A stretch of 64,000 nt of DNA from a bacterium (GTDB lineage: Bacteria; Bdellovibrionota_B; Oligoflexia; Oligoflexales; RGVZ01): positions 4,157 through 68,156 of the forward strand of contig JAYVPO010000116.1 of the NCBI GenBank assembly GCA_043757325.1, written 5' to 3'. Under the pieces are notes generated by a model. The model ran no database searches. It had not been told where the DNA came from and saw nothing but the letters and a program-made list of their open reading frames with translations. The position numbers were made by a program, and so were the translations under genes. Positions 28,093 through 37,320 of the stretch are shown here, piece by piece (position 1 is the first letter of the stretch; every line of letters begins with the position of its first letter).

Positions 28093-28989
28093 CTATTTGT
28101 TTTCGAGGTTTGTATACAATTCATCGTCAACAAAAGCTCCATGATAAAAAATCGCAGAAAACTGATTGCCGGTTCTCATGGTAAAATAAGTTAGAAGTCG
28201 ATAAGTAAGATTAAATTTATCGTAGTAAATCACAACCCTTTCCATTGTTTTGTAGTTGAACTTTACAATTATTGACGATCTTTTGGGAAATTTCAGTTTT
28301 TTTACGATCATTAATGTATCAGTCGATTGACTTTCAGCCAAATCCACCGCTGCCTGCTCGTATTCTGTACTATCAATAAATTTACGTTCTGCAAATTCAC
28401 GTCTGTGTTTTGCAAACTTAGTTTCTAAAACTGACGGAGTAAACCGCGCAAAATCCGAAAGCGGTACTCCAGGCAATAGTCTAAAATCTGACAAGTATGG
28501 CCCTTGCTTCAATCCCGATAGGCGCAAAAAACCCTCGTCGGTAGAAATTTTATCCAAAGTATAACTTATTGCACCCTCGGTTAAATCGTTTTGTTCGTTT
28601 TGAAAAGTAACAAGAACGCGATTGTGGACTACGATGTAGGATTTGTGTCGGTAACTATATTTAATATATAAACCCGATCCTAAATTAACCGCAACGTCGT
28701 CAGGATAGGCTGATTTCGCAACAGCTTCAGCAAGATTATAATACTGTTTGATTGCAAAGTCTGAGCCTAAAACATCTTCAAATAAATATTCAGCTGGTTT
28801 TAAAATTAGTTTTTCTGATTGGGCTTTTTCAAAACTCATCAATGGAATAGCTTTAGAAATAGACTCTTTAGTTGTGGCAGAAACCTGACCCATCAGCTCA
28901 TAACATGGTGTGGGATGTAATAATTGTGCCACTGGCATTGCGAGTGCGGAATTTTCTAAAATGAAAAAAATAAATGCTTTGAAAATCAA
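28093..28989 (-). CDS. Secreted protein with tandem BECR-like RNase-toxin-like domains
   Basis: GGAG RBS plus TTG start, signal peptide; C-terminal LETKFAKHRREF..STEYEQAA...IVKFNYKTME.VV...LLTYF pattern. Confidence 0.5.
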   Translation of the reverse strand: MIFKAFIFFILENSALAMPVAQLLHPTPCYELMGQVSATTKESISKAIPLMSFEKAQSEKLILKPAEYLFEDVLGSDFAIKQYYNLAEAVAKSAYPDDVAVNLGSGLYIKYSYRHKSYIVVHNRVLVTFQNEQNDLTEGAISYTLDKISTDEGFLRLSGLKQGPYLSDFRLLPGVPLSDFARFTPSVLETKFAKHRREFAERKFIDSTEYEQAAVDLAESQSTDTLMIVKKLKFPKRSSIIVKFNYKTMERVVIYYDKFNLTYRLLTYFTMRTGNQFSAIFYHGAFVDDELYTNLENK

Positions 28990-29211
28990 CTTTTCTCCAG
29001 TTAACTACAAAAAGATGAACGTCTCGAAGTGCCGATCGACTTTTGACATTCAAACGGATTAAGGCTGCCATTGGCTATGAATTGTTTTTAGAACACCGAA
29101 AGAAGACCTACTGATTTATTGTTGAGTTGCCAAGAGTTTTTTTGCAGTTTTAATCCTTATAATAAGTTTATTCAATGCAACCTTGTCATGTAAAAAATCC
29201 GTACATTTTTA

Positions 29212-29744
29212 ATTGCGGTCAGGTACTTGCAAAGCAAATTTCTGCAATCCTTTCAGTTGGTTAAAACTTCGGTATGTAACTTTCCAATAATTTCCGGCTA
29301 ACACTTGATGCAATTTTCTGCGAGGGTTGATGTTTTCTAGACTTGTCGCTTCAAAGTCCGTCCTAAACTTTGACATTGGCTTTTGCGTTGCCCTTGGCCT
29401 GTGGGTGATCCTGATCCTCACCTCGAGGCGTTTACGTTTTCTAGCGTTGTTTTTACAATATCTAGACTTCCGTTTAATGTTTTTAAAGCAAGGCAGTCTG
29501 GCTTAGCTTACGGAAGCCGCCTGGCAATGTTTTTCGGGAAATGCACTCAGGCGACCATCACGATCATCCCAAAGGCAACGAAAAGATCAGTGTCAAAGAT
29601 TAGAACGGACGTATAGCTGACAAGTCTAGAATCAATTAACCCGCGCGCAGAAAATCGCATCTCATGTTAACCGGTGGCTATTGAGAAGTTGCTTCGGTAT
29701 TAAATTTCTCGTGCGATCTGAATTACCAGGCAATTATCCGCAAT
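29212..29744. repeat. Long imperfect inverted repeat / candidate large structured ncRNA
   Basis: Arms 29278-29415 and 29557-29690. Hand alignment of the 120-nt core gives about 90/120 matches, including a perfect TTCTAGACTTGTC. Outer pairing ATTGCGG/CCGCAAT. Confidence 0.85.
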
Positions 29745-29999
29745 CTCTCGTTTTCTTAAAAAAGTAAGATTGGAATTCCCACTGAAAAATATGAGATCTC
29801 CGCCAGATTAGTAAGTCTTCAGAGAATTTACAATTACCGGATCTTCAAATAGTCTAACACTTTGAACCACAAAAAGTATTATCGATAGTCAAGGCCATCA
29901 AACATCCTATCGATGCGTTCTTACTCTCCGGAAGTTTGATAAACTTTTATCACAGGTTCTTCCTTTTCGAACGGCCTTGCAAAAACTTTCGCTCCGAGT

Positions 30000-31922
30000 T
30001 TACGATGCAAGCTTTTCAAAAAATTCAACTTCTGAAGTTTTCTCGGCTAGTTTTTTAACACTGGCTACTACTAAAGTTATATCATCGATGGCGGGAAAGC
30101 CTGAGAAATAATGGTAAGCATCACTTACGATATTATTTTTATAGTTGCTTGCACTGGTGTCTTTGAATGTCATTAGTTTTTCCGCCAATTGTTTGCGGCT
30201 AATCGCAACTCCTTGCGGATTGGTGCATTCAATAAGCCCATCTGTAAACAAAACAAACTGGTCATTTGCCGAAAACGAGATAGTCTTTTCTGAAAAAACG
30301 GGTGCTTCTTCAATGCCTAACGGCGACCCTTGCAAAACGAGAGATAAAGGTGTTTTCTTATTGCTGTCGGAATTAATTAAAAATGGGAAATTATGACCGG
30401 CATTAGAAAAAGTTAATTTAGCTTTGTGAAAATCAAAAACTCCAATCCAAAAAGTCATACTCATCTGGCCCGCGACAGCTCTGTACAAAACATTATTTAA
30501 TAGTGTTAAAATTTGCGATGGACCCCAAGATTTTTTACCTTCATCTTGTAATAATTCCGCTAACGTTTTATTGACCGCATAAGCTAAAGCCGTCATCAAT
30601 GCGGCAGGCGCTCCGTGCCCCATTGCATCGGCGATAAACAAAACCTCGCAGCCCGGTTTGATTTCAAAATGTCCCCATAAATCACCACCGCATTCTGATG
30701 CGGGTTGATAAAAACCACTTACATCTAAATAGGGCGTATTGATATCGCCCTTCGGAAATAAAGTCGACTGCACCACTTTGGCGGTTTCCAGTTCCTTCGC
30801 AAAACGCATTTTTTCAACTTGGTCTTTTAAAAGCCCCTGCACATGCCGGGTCATCAAATTAAAAGCCTGACCCACGGCGCCCAACTCATCTTGAGAATCC
30901 ACCGCAATCTTAAAATCAAAATCACCGCGAGCAATATGCTGGGTTGCGTCGGTAATTTTTCCGAGGCCTTTGGTTAGATGCCGACTCATAAGATCTGCCA
31001 TAAATAAAGCGATCATCACAAACAGTAAACCCCAAATAACCGAATGAAAGATAGTCTTCTTAATAATTAACTTCGACTGTAAAGCATCGCGTTGAACCAC
31101 AACACTTAAGTTCGAATACCGTTGAATTTTGGCAAATGAACTGAAAAAAGTCTGACCGTCGGCCGCATTAAATTCTCCGAGATAACCAGAAATATGACGG
31201 TTAAGAAGAATGTTGGTTTGGAGTTTTCGATTGTCTACTTTGGTAGTGGTTTCGGTGGACAAAAAAGCACGACCTTGAGCATCCAATATCATCGACCTGG
31301 TCGCAATACTTCGAGGAAGTTTTTGATTTAATTTATCCAGGGTAAAACTGACGACCACCCAAAGAGTTTGGGAACTTGATTTAACATTAAACTTAACTGC
31401 TAGTAATCCAAGAGGTAGTCCTGTCTTGTCCAATATCGAAGCGACTTCTTTTGACGTGCGTTCGTTTTTTTTCAGCTGGTCATTATAATAGTTAAAAATA
31501 GCTCGTTCAATTTCTTTTGACTTCGGCTGAAACTCGGTACTCTTGGTCGAATATGTATTTGCCAAGAAAAGAAGTTTTTTCGAATCGTTTTGGACTTTTG
31601 GATCAAAAATATAGATGGCTTGTAAGTCTTTCGAAGCATTCAGTAATCGCTCGAGCTGTTCATCGCGGTTTTTTAAATTTAAAATATCCAACGACTGGAT
31701 AGTCACTGCCATCAAATCAGACCACGCATCGAGTTGATAACTTACTTCAAAGGCTGACTTTTCGGTTTGAATTTGTAAGTTTTCTTCGGTTTGCTTAGCA
31801 AGGAAAGGTAAGGTTTTTGAAAGCGATTGGTAGGTTAAAGACGCCGCAGTACCAACGATTAACAAAACCATTAGAAGCATGATTTTGCCGCGAAATGAAA
31901 TATTGAATAATTTATTTTTCAT
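30000..31922 (-). CDS. Membrane sensor PP2C/SpoIIE phosphatase (periplasmic Cache-like domain, HAMP, SpoIIE)
   Basis: Two TMs, HAMP (SQDELGAVGQAFN), CGGDLW, IADAMGHGAPAA, NAGHN, FTDGLIE, DDITL. Confidence 0.92.
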   Translation of the reverse strand: MKNKLFNISFRGKIMLLMVLLIVGTAASLTYQSLSKTLPFLAKQTEENLQIQTEKSAFEVSYQLDAWSDLMAVTIQSLDILNLKNRDEQLERLLNASKDLQAIYIFDPKVQNDSKKLLFLANTYSTKSTEFQPKSKEIERAIFNYYNDQLKKNERTSKEVASILDKTGLPLGLLAVKFNVKSSSQTLWVVVSFTLDKLNQKLPRSIATRSMILDAQGRAFLSTETTTKVDNRKLQTNILLNRHISGYLGEFNAADGQTFFSSFAKIQRYSNLSVVVQRDALQSKLIIKKTIFHSVIWGLLFVMIALFMADLMSRHLTKGLGKITDATQHIARGDFDFKIAVDSQDELGAVGQAFNLMTRHVQGLLKDQVEKMRFAKELETAKVVQSTLFPKGDINTPYLDVSGFYQPASECGGDLWGHFEIKPGCEVLFIADAMGHGAPAALMTALAYAVNKTLAELLQDEGKKSWGPSQILTLLNNVLYRAVAGQMSMTFWIGVFDFHKAKLTFSNAGHNFPFLINSDSNKKTPLSLVLQGSPLGIEEAPVFSEKTISFSANDQFVLFTDGLIECTNPQGVAISRKQLAEKLMTFKDTSASNYKNNIVSDAYHYFSGFPAIDDITLVVASVKKLAEKTSEVEFFEKLAS

Positions 31923-31948
31923 AATAGTCCTATTTGCATATTGATTGC

Positions 31949-31999
31949 GTATCGACTTGGTTAAAAAAAACTTAAGTCATATTTCATTTCATCCGAACA
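31949..31999. promoter_or_regulatory. Back-to-back sigma28-like promoters sharing a CTTAAG palindrome
   Basis: Plus strand TTAAG-N15-TCCGAACA; minus strand TTAAG-N14-GTCGATAC. Confidence 0.45.
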
Positions 32000-32005
32000 A
32001 CCCTG

Positions 32006-33541
32006 ATGAACATGAAAAATAACATCGGCTTAAAACTAAATCTTAAAAATATAACTTGGATAGTAATGTTTGCCATTATTATTGGGTTGATTATTTTTGA
32101 GAACTCGCTATTTTTCATTGGGACTTCGTCGATAGGGAAATTTTTGGAAGTATCTAAACAGGTCACTCTGCGCGATGCGGAGAATATAGCTTGGCGCGAA
32201 GCCCTGCCTTACTCTTCAATACATCCCGGTGATGAAGTGGCCGTGGCAACTCAAAGCTCAGCAGTTATAGAATTTACTAAAAATCGCCTGGTCGAATTCG
32301 GTGAAGAAACCGTCGCTTCTGTGAAAGCCGTTTCATTCCAAAACGATTTTCACATTATTGTAAATCTTTCATCGGGTACTGTTAAAGCGAAGATTCTTAA
32401 AGAATCACCCTATAAACTAACCATTAATGCGGGTGCTGAATCCTATTTGGTAGATGCAAAAAAGTCGGCTGTGATCGAAAAGAAAGCTGGCGAAAAATCC
32501 AAAACTATTCCTGTCCAAAATTGGAGAAAAGACAACTTTAAAGTACCTATCGCTGTAGTCTCTTCAAATTCTCCATTACCTGTAACAGTTCCAGCTATGG
32601 CTGCTTTGCCAATTTTGACTCCACAACCTTCACCTGAGCCGACAGCTGCACCATTAGTCGCCCAAAACTGTGTCATTGCAGATCTTAAGACTACGACAGA
32701 GTTTTTTACCGATTTGAGTTTTGAACAAATAGCTGATCAAACCATTGAGTTTCAGAAGCCCAACGCGACTGGATGCAATTTGTCAGTATTTTATGCTAAC
32801 GGCCATGAACTTAAAATTCGCGAGCCAAGCTCAAAACGTTATGCTTTGACAATAAAAGATCTTAAAAAACCTTTTCAGACTAAAATTTTAAGTAACGGAT
32901 TGGAATCATTAAAGTTCTATATTGCAAGCGAAAAAACCGCTAAGCAAAAATATTTTTTCGAGATAATTTCCTCTCAGCGGCTCTTCAATTCAACACAAGC
33001 AATCGCCATCAATATAACAAAGCTTCCAGCTCAAAAAATGGAAAAACCACTGGTTCGAAGTACTGTTCGTGCTTCACCTAATGATTTGAATTTGCGCATT
33101 GTTGCAACTTCAGCTCGTGAATTAAAAAATCTCGCACCGTTATTTAAAGCCGCAGACGGAATTTTTTTTAGCTCAGTGAAAAGTTATAACGATTCAGGGT
33201 ATTTTGTGGGTAAGAAAGCCCAGGTCATCGCTCAACTCAAAGATTTAAAGTCGCAAAAATTAACCGATGATTTGCAGATCCAAAGAATTCTTAATCTTTT
33301 AGACGCAGATATTTTATTTTTTGGAAAATTTCAGTCTCTGGTTTCTCTCCAAAAATTAAATGAACTTACAGCCAGCGCGAAAAATCCTCCCCTAGTATTC
33401 GTCGACTACAAGTCCCGGCTTTTCCCGGTGCAGCGCAAATTTTTCCAAAATCCAAATCAACTAACTCAGTTTTTACAAAAGTTTGTTGGTTCGGTTTTTA
33501 CCGATACTATTAACATTATTGCAAGAAGAAAAAGTATATGA
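32006..33541 (+). CDS. Membrane-anchored FecR-domain protein
   Basis: N-terminal TM, then W..A......GDEVAV...SSAVIEF....VEFGEET...VNLSSGTV FecR pattern; Pro-rich linker. Confidence 0.7.
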   Translation: MNMKNNIGLKLNLKNITWIVMFAIIIGLIIFENSLFFIGTSSIGKFLEVSKQVTLRDAENIAWREALPYSSIHPGDEVAVATQSSAVIEFTKNRLVEFGEETVASVKAVSFQNDFHIIVNLSSGTVKAKILKESPYKLTINAGAESYLVDAKKSAVIEKKAGEKSKTIPVQNWRKDNFKVPIAVVSSNSPLPVTVPAMAALPILTPQPSPEPTAAPLVAQNCVIADLKTTTEFFTDLSFEQIADQTIEFQKPNATGCNLSVFYANGHELKIREPSSKRYALTIKDLKKPFQTKILSNGLESLKFYIASEKTAKQKYFFEIISSQRLFNSTQAIAINITKLPAQKMEKPLVRSTVRASPNDLNLRIVATSARELKNLAPLFKAADGIFFSSVKSYNDSGYFVGKKAQVIAQLKDLKSQKLTDDLQIQRILNLLDADILFFGKFQSLVSLQKLNELTASAKNPPLVFVDYKSRLFPVQRKFFQNPNQLTQFLQKFVGSVFTDTINIIARRKSI

Positions 33542-34254
33542 ACTGGCTCGCAATCGTCTTTTTAATTTATCTACCAGAGGCGTTCGCGCAAACTGAAAGA
33601 CCAAACCTCGAAATTTGGTTGCAAGAATTAACTGCAGAAAAAATGGAAACTATTCGCAACGTAAAAGTGGCGTTTATTGCAAAAAAGGACGGAAAATCTA
33701 TCATTCCAAAAGAGATTTTACCCCCTGAATCCTTAAGTTATCTGTTTGCGGTTGTAGCGCAAAAAGATTTGAATTGGAATTTAAAAATCAACCAAGAGGA
33801 TTTGAAAAAAAATATTCTTAAAAAAATAGTTAAAGTTTCTCGAGCCAATGCTATTTTTGAGCTCAAGGAGACTACGACAATTTTACATTTTGCAAATTTC
33901 AAAAGTAGAGAGATAGCAATTGGTGAAAAAGAAGCCTACCAACAGCCGCGAAAATTTTGGGATCTAGTCGTTAATAATCTCGGTTTTAATGGAATTATTT
34001 TAGACCGCAAAGAAAATTACATCTTGGTGGCCGAATTCGGGACAAGCGTTAACACCGACCGCAGACAGGCGGCTATCTGTGAAAATTCCGCCGGCAAAGT
34101 GATCTTTAACAAATCTCCCCCCGGAGCCCTTTTAGAAGCGTCGCAACAGAAAAAATTCTACACCATCTACGAGATAATAATCGGTGAGTCTAACGCGTTG
34201 GTGCCCGGTGGAAAAGTTATTACGGATCAGTTTAATTTTTCTAACTCACCTTGA
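33538..34254 (+). CDS. Secreted hypothetical protein
   Basis: Signal peptide ending AFA; ATGA overlap with the FecR gene. Confidence 0.7.
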   Translation: MNWLAIVFLIYLPEAFAQTERPNLEIWLQELTAEKMETIRNVKVAFIAKKDGKSIIPKEILPPESLSYLFAVVAQKDLNWNLKINQEDLKKNILKKIVKVSRANAIFELKETTTILHFANFKSREIAIGEKEAYQQPRKFWDLVVNNLGFNGIILDRKENYILVAEFGTSVNTDRRQAAICENSAGKVIFNKSPPGALLEASQQKKFYTIYEIIIGESNALVPGGKVITDQFNFSNSP

Positions 34255-34309
34255 ATCTGTCCAGCTAATTTAAAATATGTCATAATTAAATAACAAAAGT
34301 AGGTAGCGT

Positions 34310-35536
34310 TTGTTTATATTTTTCCTTATAGCGCAATCTTTGTTCGGCCAGAGTTTTGTTTACCCAGGCATAGATGGGATATCAAGTTCGGGCGCTGGAC
34401 AGGTTTATACTCGGGGCGCCGAAGCTGCTTTCTACAATCCAGCAAATATTATTTTTTCCAAACGTTTTGAGATTTATGGCGACGTGTCTTTTTTGAAAGT
34501 GAACTACACGTATAAGCATATCAATGAAAAATACGACCCAGTCAATATCAATGTTACCGCCCCTCCGGTAGATTTAGGATTTACCTTTAAACCCAATTCG
34601 CGTGTGAGTTTTGGTTTGCTTTTAATTCCAAAAGGTACTGGATCCGCGCAAAAAATTGAAAAAGTTCCGCAAAAAAATCCAGTGGTCAATGATGGGACTT
34701 ATCTACTCTATAACATTGAATCCGGGTCTGCCGGCTATCAAGCAGGGCTTGGTGCTTCGGTCAAAATCACCAAGCAGTGGTTTTTAGGATTAAGTGTAAA
34801 CCGCATCAGCGAGAAAAATACTTTGATCGTTACGGACGCAGCCAGTGATGGTTCTGTGCCTACTATAGATGCAAGCTTTGGAGGTGATTTCAATCAGTTT
34901 TTGATTGGGACCAGGCTTCAATTTGCCAAAAATAAATGGACCCTTGCTGGAACTTATAAAACCTCAGTCACAAAAACCTATCAAGGGACCCTTGGCGGAG
35001 CAATTGCAGGTAAGCAAGCCAAAGATTATTCTGGTGTCGGTTATATTCCAAGCGCAGTTTCTCTAGGAACTGAAGTCATCGTGCAAAAAGTTGGCATAAT
35101 GGGAGAGTATCAGTTTTCCCAATGGAGCGCGGCAAACTCTGTGGTCAAACCTTTTACCCCCCAAGCCACAGCAACAACTGACTATCATGATACTCATAGT
35201 TTTGTCGGCGGAATAAGATACTACTTAAAAAAAACTGTGCTAGCCGGTTCGTTTGGTTACTACCCTGCCAACGTCGGTTATGGCACAGAAAGTCTCCCAA
35301 ATGTTCCTGCAAAACCAGACACAGATGTGACTGGAGTAGGTTTTGCGCAATTTGACAATTTTTCCCGATTTGTGTTTGCCACCGGCCTTAGGCACAGTTT
35401 AAGCAAAGCTGGCTTTATCTTTGGCGCTTTTAATTATCAAAATGCTTCTCGAAGCGTTAATGAAGGGTATTCAGGCGAGGGCGATCATTCACTCACTGTT
35501 TATCAGTTAACATTTGCAGGCGGCTATAAATTTTAG
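34310..35536 (+). CDS. FadL/OmpP1-like outer-membrane beta-barrel
   Basis: AEAAFYNPA hatch motif, amphipathic strands, terminal YKF. Confidence 0.8.
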   Translation: MFIFFLIAQSLFGQSFVYPGIDGISSSGAGQVYTRGAEAAFYNPANIIFSKRFEIYGDVSFLKVNYTYKHINEKYDPVNINVTAPPVDLGFTFKPNSRVSFGLLLIPKGTGSAQKIEKVPQKNPVVNDGTYLLYNIESGSAGYQAGLGASVKITKQWFLGLSVNRISEKNTLIVTDAASDGSVPTIDASFGGDFNQFLIGTRLQFAKNKWTLAGTYKTSVTKTYQGTLGGAIAGKQAKDYSGVGYIPSAVSLGTEVIVQKVGIMGEYQFSQWSAANSVVKPFTPQATATTDYHDTHSFVGGIRYYLKKTVLAGSFGYYPANVGYGTESLPNVPAKPDTDVTGVGFAQFDNFSRFVFATGLRHSLSKAGFIFGAFNYQNASRSVNEGYSGEGDHSLTVYQLTFAGGYKF

Positions 35537-35814
35537 CTGGTAGACGGACCTTTAGATTGAACGCTGGATGGTCCTTTAAAAGGATCCTTATACTGACACT
35601 CGCGAATTAAAAAACGCCCGAATTGAGTGGTATTTACTAAATTTTCATCCCGCGCAAGAGTTAGCTCCGGATGATCGGTTGCTTCGAAAACTTTTAACTG
35701 ACAAACCGGACAAACAATTTGCGTGACCGCAACTTTTGGCTCCTCGTCGTCGTAAGAACAATGAAAGCGGCGCAAACAAACAGCATTATCAACAAAAAAC
35801 TTTTTATAGGACAT
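35533..35814 (-). CDS. Small Cys-rich (putative Zn-binding) hypothetical protein
   Basis: CLRRFHC ... CPVC motifs, ATG start. Confidence 0.6.
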   Translation of the reverse strand: MSYKKFFVDNAVCLRRFHCSYDDEEPKVAVTQIVCPVCQLKVFEATDHPELTLARDENLVNTTQFGRFLIRECQYKDPFKGPSSVQSKGPSTS

Positions 35815-35882
35815 AATTTGAAGCCTTAATATCTTTTCAAAGATTCACTATACTTTAACCGATTGGTTATGGAGACTGCAAC

Positions 35883-36257
35883 ATGGAAACGATTTTTGAC
35901 AAAATAATTAGAAAAGAAATTCCCGCCGGTATTGTTTATGAGGATGAACATGTGTTGGCTTTCTACGATATCGAACCTCAAGCCAAGGTTCATGTTTTGG
36001 TTATTCCTAAAAAACGGGCCGTTTCCTTAAGTGATTTAAAGGCGAATTTAAAACAATGGACTAGTGAGGAAGCTGGGTATTTTTTAACCCGCGTAAGCGA
36101 AGTCGCGAGCCTTCTCAAGCTTGATAAAGAAGGCTACCGGGTGGTTATGAATTCCGGAGGTCACGGGGGCCAGACGGTGCCCTATCTTCACGCCCATATT
36201 TTGGGTGGTGAACTGCTGCATACAAATTTTGGAGCACACAAGAAACGTGAAGGATAA
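35883..36257 (+). CDS. HIT family nucleotide-binding protein (HinT-like)
   Basis: TIFDKIIRKEIPA..VYEDE.VLAF.DI.PQA..HVLVIPK; GQTVPYLHAHILGG. Confidence 0.93.
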   Translation: METIFDKIIRKEIPAGIVYEDEHVLAFYDIEPQAKVHVLVIPKKRAVSLSDLKANLKQWTSEEAGYFLTRVSEVASLLKLDKEGYRVVMNSGGHGGQTVPYLHAHILGGELLHTNFGAHKKREG

Positions 36258-37320
36258 AAATATTTCTGACAACCAGATTATTCTCGCACCCGATCTATTT
36301 ACCTCGTTGACTCGAACGCCCTGGGCAGGAAGGAAGATTTCGCAATGCATTAAATCGGAAATTGTAAAGCACCCCGATCAAAAAGTAGGCGAGTCTTGGG
36401 AGGTATCCACCGATCCGGAAATGCCTTCGAAACTTCTAAATTCCCAGCGAACATTAGCGGAAATTATCGCTTCACATCCTGAGCCTATGCTTTCAAAATT
36501 TCTTTTAGAAAAAAATCACAGGGACTGTCAGATACTAATTAAAATCATCAATGCTGAGACACCTTTATCTCTGCAAGTTCATCCGCGAGACAATGATCCG
36601 CACTTAAAAATAAACGAATGCGGAAAGCCGGAATCTTGGCTTATTCTTGATGCGGATCCTGGTGCAGGGGTTTACTTCGGGTTTTCGAAGTCCCAAACTA
36701 AAGCTGAATTACAAAAAAAACTCGAACAAAAAGAATTTTCTCAAGCTGACCTGCAATTTGTTCCAGTGCAAAAATTCGATTACTTTGATATCCCGGAAGG
36801 TGTGCCTCACGTCGTCGCGCCGGGTTTGATTGTTTTTGAACCGCAGCGTATTTTGCCCCATAAATCCGGCAAAACTTATCGGATGTGGGATTGGAATAGA
36901 AAATACAGTAGGGCAGGGGAGCTGGATTTAGCAAATGGCAGCGAGCGAGAACTGCATATCAACGAAAGCCTAGCATTGATCGATCCTGAAAATCAGGTCG
37001 GGCCGGAGTTTGGTGCCTCGCTGAAAAAAAAATCAGAAGTAAGTTTTGTTGATACTAATAAGATCACGACTTTTCCAAGAAATAATTACTTGCAAACTCA
37101 CATCTTGGATATTTCTATTCCGCTTAATATTGTTCAACAATATGGCTACGGTTGTCTAACTTGTATCGGCGGAACCGTACATTTTCCTAATGGAGAAATT
37201 CTAAGCAAAGGCATGTCGGCTTTTATTCCTCATAAAGCTTTTCCACTAGTTTTGATCCCGCAAAATTCGTGTGAATTGTTATATGTGCAACCAGGTGAAG
37301 TCGACGTTGAATTCCACTAA
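36247..37320 (+). CDS. Type I phosphomannose isomerase-like cupin
   Basis: PWAG, GESWEVS, LSLQVHP, GKPESW, PEGVPH, TYRMWDWNR, RELHI; GTG at 36247 chosen as start. Confidence 0.85.
   Translation: MKDKNISDNQIILAPDLFTSLTRTPWAGRKISQCIKSEIVKHPDQKVGESWEVSTDPEMPSKLLNSQRTLAEIIASHPEPMLSKFLLEKNHRDCQILIKIINAETPLSLQVHPRDNDPHLKINECGKPESWLILDADPGAGVYFGFSKSQTKAELQKKLEQKEFSQADLQFVPVQKFDYFDIPEGVPHVVAPGLIVFEPQRILPHKSGKTYRMWDWNRKYSRAGELDLANGSERELHINESLALIDPENQVGPEFGASLKKKSEVSFVDTNKITTFPRNNYLQTHILDISIPLNIVQQYGYGCLTCIGGTVHFPNGEILSKGMSAFIPHKAFPLVLIPQNSCELLYVQPGEVDVEFH

Noticed and set aside
29209-29616. Track ORFs 29209..29421(-) and 29383..29616(+), which resemble each other (TSLENINPR vs TSLESINPR downstream)
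   Set aside because: The similarity is a by-product of the inverted repeat. Mismatches are not concentrated at third codon positions and the right-arm frame is interrupted by stops.
29212-29744. Retron msr-msd or CRISPR interpretation of the fold-back
   Set aside because: No RT or cas genes nearby, and no regularly spaced direct repeats.
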